DNA of 25,436 nt, taken from Macrostomum lignano (lineage: Eukaryota). Made by a program: the position numbers and the translations under genes. Positions 1-9,127 of the stretch are shown here, one piece after another; the first letter of the stretch is position 1, and every line of letters starts with the position of its first letter. The stretch is from the NCBI GenBank assembly GCA_002269645.1, contig NIVC01000314.1, positions 1 to 25,436 on the forward strand, given 5' to 3'. The notes beneath the pieces were generated by a model, which saw only the letters and a program-made list of their open reading frames with translations, ran no database searches and was not told the origin of the DNA.

Positions 1-52
1 ATCAATTTAGGCTACTGACAGTAGTTTCAGAAAAGAAAAAAGTTCGATGGCA

Positions 53-66
53 AATGCGCGGTCTCT
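53..66. repeat. Target-site duplication of the LINE, copy at the element 3' end (AATGCGCGGTCTCT)
   Basis: Exact 14-bp match to 5821-5834; the bases on either side differ between copies. Confidence 0.93.
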
Positions 67-82
67 TGACTTACTTGACTTA
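65..82 (-). repeat. LINE 3' tail (TAAGTCAAG)2 instead of poly(A)
   Basis: Plus strand CTTGACTTA CTTGACTTA at 65-82; the last two nt (AG on minus) overlap the TSD. Confidence 0.8.
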
Positions 83-176
83 GCTGCAGGGTGGTCCGTA
101 GACACAGCGGGGAGGCGAGGGTCGCCCATTCCGCTAGCCCCTGAAGGCCCGCAGACAGGCAGAGGCGTGGGGCCGG

Positions 177-3100
177 TCAGGGTGGTCCGCCGGTCCGTCC
201 TGCAGCGTGATCTTCCGTTGGGAAGAAACTGGCTCGTCTAGTCGCCCGAAGGAACTGGATGAGCCGTGGGATGCTGTCGGGCTGGCAAACCTCGTCAATG
301 GACGGGTTCGGCCCGAGGTAGCGTAGCCGGTCTCTGTTAAAGAAAGGGCAGTGACAGACAAAGTGCTGAGCATCTTCATTGTCGCACTCGCAAAAGGGGC
401 AAATTTCGCTCTCGAGGTCGCCTCGGAGGAAGCAGTGCCTGGCGAGGTAGCCATGGCCGGTAAGGGTCATGACAAGGGCTCGAATATCCTTCCGATTCTG
501 GTTCAGAAGGATGTTTCTGAGCCTGTGAGACGGGCAAGGAACCGCGGCACGAGATTGCCGGCAGTTTTGGGTGCCCGCCCATCTGTCCCTGTGGAGGGAG
601 TCAGCCCAGTCGTCGATCTGACGATTGATGACTGTCAAGGGCATAGGGACCAGGGGGGCAGGGCCGAAAAAAGAGCCAGAGCCGCCCCTCTTGGCGAGGG
701 TGTCTGCCAGCTCGTTCCCCGGAAACCCTGCGTGCCCTGGGATCCACTTCAGCCTGACAGTATTGCTTCTGGCCAGGAGGTTGAGCTGCCGGGCGCAGTC
801 GGCGACTGTCCGGGAGTTCGTTGTGGTGTGGCAAAGGGCCTGTAAGGCCGCTTGGCTGTCGGAGTGGATGACAATAGTCTTTCCTCTCGTAACCTTGGCG
901 TTTATCTCTGCAGCGCAAGAGCTGATGGCAAGGACTTCGTTCTGGAAGACTGTGGAGAGTCTACCAGTGTGCTGGGCATGCGTGGCAATTACGCGGCCGT
1001 TGATGATGATGCAGACCCCAAAGCCGGCGCGACCGTCTTTGATGGATCCGTCCGTGTAGCAATGGACCTCCTGGAAATTCCAGTGGTCATTGGCAGCATC
1101 CCTAGAGGGGATGGTGACCTTGTAGCGCTGAAAGAGGTTGAGAGTGCGGGTTCGCCGTCAGATAGGACGTGGAGCCCGCCGCTGTCTCTCAAGTCCTTGA
1201 GGCAGAGGTCAGCGTGGGGCAGAAGCTTGCGCTTAGCCATGGCCCTATGGGGCTGGATTCGAATGCCAGCGTCAGCTAGACGGCGGGCAGTCTTAGCCGC
1301 TTCCCTGCGGACAAAGATGTCCAGCGGAGGAATGTTGAGGAAGGCGTTGAGGCCATCGTAAGGAGCAGACGGAGGGGCGCTCATGATCGTGCGACAAGCG
1401 CGCCCTTGCGCTCTCCTGAGAGCCTCTAGACAGGTCTTTATCTGCAGGGCGCTAGCCCAGATCAGGCCGCCATACGAGATAGCGGGCCTAACCATTGCAG
1501 TGTAGATCCACCAGAGGCGCGTGGGGGTGAGCCCCCAGGTGGTGCCGACGGCCCTGCGCAATTGCGCGAGGACTGCGAAGGCCTTTTTGGCTTTTGTTTG
1601 AACGTGGGGAGACCAGTTCAGCCTGTGGTCCAGGGTAATACCCAGACATTTAGTCTGCTTGCAGAAGGGGATTTCCCTTCCGTAAAGCGTGAGCGGCCGA
1701 ATCTGCCACTTGGTCCTGCTGGTGAACATGATCGCTGCGGTCTTAGTCTCAGAGAGCCTTAAACCACAGCGGTCCGCCCATTGCTCAGCAGCGTAGATGA
1801 AGTTCTGAAGAAGGTCCCTGAGGGTATCAGGGGACGGACCAGATGCCACCGCGGTGACATCGTCCGCATATCCAACTTTCAGAATGGGGTCAGGCCGAAC
1901 ATCCCGGAGGAGCTCATCAATGACCATATTCCAGAGAACTGGAGACAGCACCCCACCTTGCGGGCTACCTTTGCAGACGGGGACCGTCCTCTGGTAGCCC
2001 AGCAGACTGGCGGTGGCCGTGCGATGGCTGATCATGTACATGATCCATCTGGTGAGATGTGAGTGCGTTAGCCTCTCACAAAGAGCTCTTCGGAACGCCT
2101 CAAAGAGGACGTTATCGAAGGCGCCAATGATGTCCAGGAAGATCCCCAGAGCAAAGCCACTACCAAGCACGGCCTTCTCGAGTTTATCGACCAGGACGTG
2201 CAGCGCGCTTTCAGTGGAGCGACCCGCCCGAAAAGCGTGCTGGTTCTCGCTGAGAGGTTTGTTCTTCAGCTCAACAGAGAGAAGGCGCCAAAGCACCAGT
2301 CTCTCCATCAGCTTGACCAGGGAGGAGGTCAAGCTGATCGGTCTGAAGGATTTGATAGAATGGTAGTCCGGGCGGCCTGGCTTAGGGATAAAGATCACCT
2401 TTGCCTCGGTCCATGCCTGCGGGACATAACCAAGCGTGATGCATGCCCGAAGAAGGCTGCAAAGTTTGCGCAGGAAGCCTGGGCATTTAACCGCCTCTCT
2501 TAGAAGGGCCGGTACAATGCCGTCGGGTCCTGGGGCTTTGAAAGGCTTGAAGGAATTTGCCGCTCTCACAATGCGGTCCTCCGTGATGATAGATGCAGCC
2601 AGCGCGTGACCTCCCTCCGAGTGATCCGGAGTGGTCTGGTTAGCTGGCTCGTTAGGGAAAAACGCAGTGAGCATTACATCAAGCGTTTCCCCTGGGTTGT
2701 CCGTGGACGTACCGTTGGTGCGTTTGACCGAGGAGAGCTTAGACATTTTGTCCAGCGTGAGCGCTTTCACAACTCTGGAGGTGGGGCGTGAGCCCTCTAG
2801 CTCCTCACAGTATTGTCGCCATTTTTGAGCCTTTGCATTCCTAACCTGCCTTTTAAACTCATGAATTGCTTCATGATAGGCGGTTTGGTCTGCAGGGCTC
2901 TTAGTTTTAGTTGCTCTGCGGTGGAGTCTCTTAGCCCTGCGACGGAGGTTGCCGAGCTCGGGATTCCACCACGGCGCCGATTTTTTCCCTTTATAGGCTT
3001 TTAAAGGGCAGGACGCCTCAAAGGCGGCGGTTAGCGTCTCTGTCAAAACAGTCGCGCACTCATCCGCCTCTCGGCACGACGTGATCGTGGATGGTTGGCC

Positions 3101-3880
3101 AGGAGACCGATGGAATTCCTTCAGGGCGAGCCCGAAGGTTTCCCAATCCGTATTTCTGGCGTTCCGTCTCCACATAACACGAGTTGCGCTACGCGCGGCC
3201 ATTAGGTTGAAGGAGATGAACTTGTGATCCGATAGTGAGGACACTGGAAGCACCCGCCACGCCCCAATACTCTGGTAGAGTCTGGGCGTTGCGAGCGTAG
3301 CGTCGATCACCTCCGACCACCGTCCGTTGTCAAAGGTAGGGGTGGACCCAGAGTTGCAGAACTCGAGGGTCGTAGAGGCAACGTAGGCTAGGAGGTCTTC
3401 GCCTCTCTGATTAATGCCAGTGCTGCCCCAGTGAGTGTGGTGGGCGTTGATGTCGCCGGCAACCATGAGCTCGTAGTTTTTGGCAGAGCAGAGCTCTACC
3501 AGCGTAGCGAGGGCTCTGGGGACGACCGCAGCATCGCCTGGTAGGTAAACCGAGGCAATGAGGGTGGTCTTCCCAGGAAGAAGGTCCTCGGATTGGATGA
3601 CGCAGATGTCCCTGTTGGACAGGTCCGATCTGAGCCACGCACTGAGCGTTTTGCTCGCAAAGATGCAAGCTCTGGGAGGCTGGTTGGCCTCGCGAGGGTA
3701 AGTATAAAAACAATTGTAGCCAGCAGGGGCGTTTTGAGGCTTACCTCTGAGAGTCCAGGGTTCCTGGACGAGGATGAGCCCCGGCTTGTCGAGCTCGGCG
3801 TAACGCATAAGGTTGACCGAGGCTGCGACGCAGTGCTGCAGATTAATCTGCAGGCAATGGATTCCCTGGTTGCTGATCAT
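177..3880 (-). CDS. LINE ORF2 (APE endonuclease - reverse transcriptase - RNase H - CCHC), about 1234 aa if one frameshift at 1134-1157 is repaired
   Basis: ATG at 3880 (MISNQGIHCLQINLQHC). APE residues QEPW, SVYLP, GDINAHH, IDATL, SDH; RT YADD. After the frameshift a second frame reads FQRYKVTIPSR...YTDGS...NEVLAI...HSDSQ...WIPGH...LADTLA (RNase H acidic residues intact), then runs open into the 177..644 ORF with CPFC-x8-H-x4-C and stops at 177-179. Confidence 0.9.
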
Positions 3881-3882
3881 TA

Positions 3883-5349
3883 TCACGCAGTTGGGGAATC
3901 GTTGAGCAGGTCATCCTCCTCCTTTTCAGTGGTGGGTGACCCGCAGACCTCCATGGGAGTTTCAGCGTCCTCAGCAGTTAGGGTGGCTGTGGAGTCCTCC
4001 GCGGACGTGAGCCCAGCGTGGACGTTACCGTCGCCTCTCCTGCGTGCTTCGGTGCTGTCACTGCCCGTCCCCTCTGCCTCGTCGGTCAGGTCGATGCGGG
4101 TGGCGCCAGCCTCCTGGTGAGTCACAGACTCGAACCAGTCGGTCGGAGCCTCCCCGCTTAGAGTCTGGCCTTCTGGCTGTTGGGGTGGAGCGCGAGAAGC
4201 GCGGGCCCGCTCACGATGCGCACGAAGGTTCTTGGCCTGGTCCAGCGCGCGCTGGATCAGGCCGGACCTCCGGGTGCTCCTGGCGGGTCTGCGATTGCGA
4301 TTTCCGGTTTCAGCAGCGCGAACTGCCTTACCGGGCATAGGATCGGCCGTTTGCCTCGGCTTCTTTGCCGGAGGAGCCTGGGCCCCAGTTCCGGTTTCGG
4401 AAGCTTTGGCATTCTTGGCTTCATCAGCTTTCCGCTCCTCGCAACGGAGGATGGTCAGCTGAGTCAGACCAATATGAATTGTGGACTTAGGCGGCAAGCG
4501 CTTAGCCCAGTCATCAGAGAGCCCTAGGATCACCGTAGCCCCCTTCTCCTTGCGGGAAGTGGCGTGGTGTAGGAGCCCGTTGACCTTAAGGTCGGGGTGC
4601 AGCTTTAGCAATATTTGCCTAAGCTGATCTCCGGACTTAATGGCACTGCCGGCCGGGATCCAGACGCGAAAGCGCTGGGTCTTCTGTCGTTCGCCCTCGC
4701 TGGCGAAGACGAGCTTGCCGAGCTTCTTGGGCCAGTTCAGCTTTGGCAGAAGCTCGCGTAGATTGCGGCTGCTCTCCTCCGAGCTGCACCAGATGAAGAT
4801 GCAGCCGTCGGTCTTGGCAGACTTGACCACGCTCACAGGGCGGCCCGCCAGGAGCTGGTCGATGAGCGCAGCATCGATGGTGCGCCAGGCACTGTCGAGC
4901 TCGTCGGCCGTGAGGTCCTGCTCTTCCCCGAAGACGATGACCGCCGGTTGGAGCTTGACCTTTGAGGCGTAGTTGGTGGCGGCGGTTCCCGAAGGCCCGG
5001 CCGCGCTTGTAGCAGGTATACTGGGTGGCTCACCAGCGGGGGTTGTATCCTGGGGGGCAGGGGTTGCTGTGGTTCCTTTCGGCCCAACAGCAGCCTCGCC
5101 CTCCCTAGGTTCCCCTTCCGCCGGTGGCCGGCCCGCAGTACCCCGTAGTCGCCGTCGCCGCTCGTTGCGGCGTTGGTTGCGGGTGCGTCGGGCTTCAGCG
5201 GAGGGCCCGGTTGCGCGTGCGGGCATGTCACCAGCCGAGCCGGCGGCAAGCCCATCTGCCCCCGGTGGGGCGGCGCTGGTGCCAGAGTCACCGGCCGGAG
5301 TTGCCGGGGCCCCGGCTTCAGCGGGGGTTAAAGAGGCGGATGACGCCAT
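3883..5349 (-). CDS. LINE ORF1 (about 488 aa; an in-frame ATG at 5451 would give 522 aa), low-complexity ends and a central DUF4780-like domain
   Basis: Open frame directly upstream of ORF2. Ala/Pro/Gly-rich N-terminus, Arg-rich patch RRTRNQRRNERRRRLR, central globular segment (CIFIWC...FRVWIP...VILGL...IHIG) recalling Loa-type ORF1. No CCHC knuckle seen. The domain name is from recall and unverified. Confidence 0.85.
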   Translation of the reverse strand: MASSASLTPAEAGAPATPAGDSGTSAAPPGADGLAAGSAGDMPARATGPSAEARRTRNQRRNERRRRLRGTAGRPPAEGEPREGEAAVGPKGTTATPAPQDTTPAGEPPSIPATSAAGPSGTAATNYASKVKLQPAVIVFGEEQDLTADELDSAWRTIDAALIDQLLAGRPVSVVKSAKTDGCIFIWCSSEESSRNLRELLPKLNWPKKLGKLVFASEGERQKTQRFRVWIPAGSAIKSGDQLRQILLKLHPDLKVNGLLHHATSRKEKGATVILGLSDDWAKRLPPKSTIHIGLTQLTILRCEERKADEAKNAKASETGTGAQAPPAKKPRQTADPMPGKAVRAAETGNRNRRPARSTRRSGLIQRALDQAKNLRAHRERARASRAPPQQPEGQTLSGEAPTDWFESVTHQEAGATRIDLTDEAEGTGSDSTEARRRGDGNVHAGLTSAEDSTATLTAEDAETPMEVCGSPTTEKEEDDLLNDSPTA

Positions 5350-5569
5350 AGCTGAAAGCGGGAAGGAGTGAGCTGAGTCACAAAAGAAAGAGGAAAGAAG
5401 AAAAAGAAAAGGACCGCTAGCGACCGGACAACCCCCGGCCTTCCAGCCCATCGGCACGGTCAAACACCTTAGGCATTAGGGGGTACGTTAAGCAGTACCA
5501 CGGCCTGCAGGCTGGCAAGCCAGACCCGCATACCCAAATTCGGCCGAAGCCACTGGATGGGTCGCCAGC

Positions 5570-5820
5570 GTCGGAGCCCAGTCTGTCCAGCAGCCCTAGG
5601 GTCTGCCTTGAACACACGCGGGGACGAGTACCCTGGGTCGACTTGTGAAACAGCGTGAGGGGGGGGGTCTGCGGCTGCCAGTGGCAAATAGCGGGTGCAG
5701 ACCTCCCTCTCCAGCCTTGACCTGCTGAATATAGGGGCAGGCGTGAAGCATCGCAGACCGTAGCCCTTAGGCCTGGTCTGTCTCATACTTCACTGGCGTG
5801 CTGAATACACCTTCGCGTGC
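5570..5820 (-). ncRNA. Candidate HDV-like self-cleaving ribozyme at the LINE 5' terminus
   Basis: Minus strand: P1 GCACGCG (5820-5814) / CGCGUGU (5620-5614) with G1-U wobble; P2 GUCGACCCA (5642-5634) / UGGGCUCCGAC (5580-5570); P3 GGG (5633-5631) / CCC (5623-5621); L3 UACUCGU (5630-5624); P1.1 AC / GU (5613-5612); P4 5611-5586; J4/2 CAGAC (5585-5581). Folded by hand only. Confidence 0.75.
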
Positions 5821-5834
5821 AATGCGCGGTCTCT
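5821..5834. repeat. Target-site duplication of the LINE, copy at the element 5' end (AATGCGCGGTCTCT)
   Basis: Exact 14-bp match to 53-66. Confidence 0.93.
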
Positions 5835-6065
5835 CTTCCATCATAAATACGCCGTTGCTATCCTGTTGCTTTTGAGAGCTTGAGTTGCGTGACTCGTGCC
5901 CAGCTCAGCTCAGCTGGCTCAGACGTTGAATTCAATTTGATCTTGATTTTGTTAAAAGTAGAATGTTTGTTTCAATTATTGTGTAGATTATTAACTTTCA
6001 CAGCTACGGTAAGAACCCAGTTCAACTCTCGACAAATAAATAAATGAATTAAAAACATTCACATG

Positions 6066-6071
6066 TTTATT
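6066..6071 (-). terminator. Candidate poly(A) signal AATAAA of the lectin gene
   Basis: TTTATT on plus = AATAAA on minus, about 225 nt downstream of the lectin stop, in AT-rich sequence. Confidence 0.4.
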
Positions 6072-6295
6072 GCAGCTTACCAGACAGGCCTTTTAAAGAT
6101 CAAATTTATCTGAAAATTCTCAATATAATATTTGAGTTAGATATGGTTATTTCTGAGTGTTTTAAAGACTGGACGAAAATTTCCTAGACGTGATGCAGTT
6201 AAATTGGGCATAAAAATTTCACGTGAAACGCTTCACTGAACTGCATCGAGACCGCTCGCTTCTGTTGTAAATTCTTTGCTACTCAAGACGCTGCT

Positions 6296-7049
6296 TCAGA
6301 ACACGGACTGGCACTCGCAGATGTACCTGCGAGCACTGATGCAGGAGTCATCGTCAACGCCTCCAGTTGAATGGCCACTCCAAAGATTTGTGCACTCCAA
6401 TGACGCAGCACCGTTCGGCTCTCCAGAGTGCCATACGCTGGCGTTCACGGGCAGGTTGCAGGCGGCCCAGAACCAGTCAGAGTGCGCATTCGAAGTTCCA
6501 GATCCGCCAAGGAAAAAATCGGAGGAGCTGTCAATCAGCTGCTTCAGTGACCTCAGGTGCAGAGCCTCATCAAGGTCGATCGCATCAGAGAACTTGGTCA
6601 GTCCGGGATCCGCACTGCAGGTCAGGTTGGCGTTGTTCCAGGTGAGAGTCTCCGACGTGACCACCTTGTACGAGGTGCCGTATCTCGTGTGCTCGTATCC
6701 GGACGGACACAGGCGACCCGGAGGTACGCCGGGCAGAGACCTCACATACACAGTCACCTGGTGAGTGCAGCTCGGCACAGACTGCACACGGTGACTGCAC
6801 GCATCGAACAGGAACAGCTTGCACTGACAGGCTCCAGCTGTCAGCACTGAGAAGGCCTGACACTTGTCCTTCCTAGCGCAGGCGAGCTGCATTCGAGCGG
6901 AGTGCACAGACCGGACACGGTGCTGGTGAAGTCGGAGCTCACGCAGTCCAGTCCGGTGGTTTGGTGGAATTTCAGCCTGGCGGAGAGGACTCGGACAGCA
7001 CCGCAGGGACCCACAGCAGCAGTAGTGATAGCACAGCTTGCAGCAGCAT
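6296..7049 (-). CDS. Secreted PAN/apple-like + C-type lectin domain protein (about 251 aa), intronless, with two 1-nt frameshifts (about 6987 and 6886)
   Basis: ATG at 7049 gives signal peptide MLLQAVLSLLLLWVPAVLS. A second frame gives RLKFHQTTGLDC...TPLEC; a third gives LACARKDKCQAFSV...CKLF, then CTLD motifs CPSGY, LTWNNANLTC, FLGG, WFW, WHSGEPN, LEC, VDDDSC, RYICE. 754 nt + 2 = 252 codons. Confidence 0.8.
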
Positions 7050-8873
7050 TCAAGGATCAGATCAGTTACAGTTTATTGTGAGCTGCAGGCCCAAGGTCTC
7101 CTACAAGTTTTGGACTGTTGGTCTGCTTGCCTCTCTATTCCGTGTGCGCATTTGTTTCCGAATTTATGATTTTGGGAGATGAATTCCGAGAATGAATCTG
7201 TCGATTTTTTCGTTCTAAAGTTAGTCTGCGGATGCAGAGGAGCGAGCCACAGAACAATGGGGGGTTGCAACAATGGCAGCTGAAGCGTTGCAAACCCGGA
7301 TGTTGCAAACATGTAAAAATTGCTTTTTGTTTTGTTTGACATTGTTTCTTTTGCCTGAGGATGAGAGGGGCTTCCGGAACTCGGTTTCACCCGCAGTGCC
7401 AGTTCAGACGAGAATTTCTACCACTATAAGACTTTTTGATCGTGAACTCAGATTGGGCGCCGCAAAAATAGATTCTTTTCTAAAATTCCTTCTCAACGTT
7501 TACCCGCAACTGACTGAATCACATTTCTTTAACCACTGTATGTACACAGAATACACAGAAATCTAATTCGTACCACTGAGAAAGTTTTCAAAATGAGAAG
7601 ACTGTGCGAATTTTCAGCAGGAAAGTTCTGTGGTATTGAGCGGACTAAATTCCAAAGTACGGCGACCGATCGTGTATAACTCGGTCACATGGAGGAATAC
7701 GATTCTTCGAGTGACATTTGCAACAGACAAAATAGAACCTGATTCTGACTCAGTTAGCAGAACAAATTCAATCTACTTCAATTATTCATTTGCTTCCTAC
7801 TTATAGTAGAGTAAGCAGAAAATTTTTTTGTAAATTTTACGGGCCCCTCAAGGACGTCGGCTAAAAAGCCATCAAACGTGGCTAAATTTTGTGTGACTGC
7901 ATGCAATTCTGCTCACTCCGCTGTCTACGGACCGCACGCCAATACTGTACACTCAGGCACGCACTCATACACGATCAAACAGGGTGTACAGCGGCCCTTT
8001 GACTTTCTAATTGTCCAAGCACGGACACTTGTACACTTTCTAATTCAACAAACACTTGAGCACAGCTCAGCAACAGAAACTGTCTGCAACATCGCCAACT
8101 CCAAGAGCAAATATAATCGTCAACACTGCAGTTTTTATGGTAGAGGAATTTACACGGCTGGCAGCTGTACGTTTTGATGGCGCCGTTTGGTTAGTTCGAT
8201 TCACCCCCTCACCCACCCAACCCGAGTCAGAGCGAATTCCTACTGTGCAAATACTGCACAGTGCAAATACTGCATTGGCTAATAGGATTATCAGAACTAA
8301 GTTAGAATTGCATTCCAGCAGTTCTCATGCTTTGCAGTGAGTCTAATACGAATCCCAACAACTGTCTGTCTGTTGCACCACCTGCGTGCACTCGCGAAAT
8401 CAGCTTTCTAAAATCCAAAATCCAGTGCTCTGGAAATTGTCGCTCTGATTTCTCTAAAGGTAACTTTTAGCCGGCTGTGCCAACAACGCCTCAGTGGGGC
8501 TGCAAAAATTGTTGGCAAGGCTAACAGGCTCCCTCGCTGTGTAGCCACAGTGTGACGCCAGGCTGCACTTGAAAACAGACAAACAGCCTCGACATAGGAC
8601 CGCGCGTGCTCAGAAATGGCCTGATCCCGCCGACCTCAGCACCTGTTGCTACTCTGCGTGGCCCCCTCTCCTAGCGAGGAGAAATTCGGCATGGTGAGGC
8701 TCCCAAATTGGCTCAATAAACGCGTTCTCGGATTAGAGGAGGGTGGGTGACTGGTTTGAGAGTCTTCCTGCCTTCAAGTTGGGCAGACAGACACCAGGCA
8801 GGCTATACGCAAATGCGTAACAGAACGTTTAGGCAAACGAAATTTACTGAGGTCTTCTTCTTCCAATTGTTTC

Positions 8874-8876
<3 letters not shown>

Positions 8877-8963
<87 letters not shown>
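8877..8963. repeat. (AG)43 microsatellite
   Basis: Uninterrupted AG run of 87 nt. Confidence 0.99.
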
Positions 8964-8965
<2 letters not shown>

Positions 8966-9127
8966 CCTCGTGTTGCTATTGGCTCCTCCTAGAAAGAAAA
9001 ATTGGCTCTGCACTTTTACTAACAGCGCTTTCAATTCCATTTAATAGAAAGACAGGCTAATATGGTGTGTTTCCGAGTTCCACTGCCGGCTCCTCTTAAG
9101 CACTAAGCTTAAGCTTTGCCTCTAGGC

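Larger units (their letters stand above)
67..5820 (-). mobile_element. Full-length non-LTR retrotransposon (LINE), Loa/R1-like, with APE endonuclease, RT, RNase H and C-terminal CCHC
   Basis: Flanked by a 14-bp direct repeat AATGCGCGGTCTCT (53-66 and 5821-5834). Two tandem ORFs, a short 3' UTR and a 9-nt repeated tail. ORF2 motifs LQINLQHC, QEPW, FLDIIGAFDN, GSPQGGVLSPVLW, YADD plus an RNase H domain resemble Loa/Lian-type elements. Clade assignment is from motif recall, not phylogeny. Confidence 0.95.

Noticed and set aside
1134-1157. Programmed ribosomal frameshift giving optional RNase H
   Set aside because: No X XXY YYZ slippery heptamer is seen, related elements encode RNase H in frame, and one missing C explains it like the other breaks in the window.
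5795-5811. 7-nt loop AUUCAGC as a UCA anticodon (tRNA-Sec-like) arm
   Set aside because: No acceptor, D or T arms, and A at position 32 is atypical; treated only as part of the ribozyme J1/2.
7100-8870. Intergenic stretch with short ORFs and small hairpins (e.g. TCTCCT-AGCG-AGGAGA near 8667-8682)
   Set aside because: No terminal repeats, TSD, Pol III boxes or protein motifs I can support. It may be a decayed repeat; a RepeatMasker or self-BLAST search would decide.
8747-8992. ORF with poly-ER
   Set aside because: Translation of the (AG)43 microsatellite.
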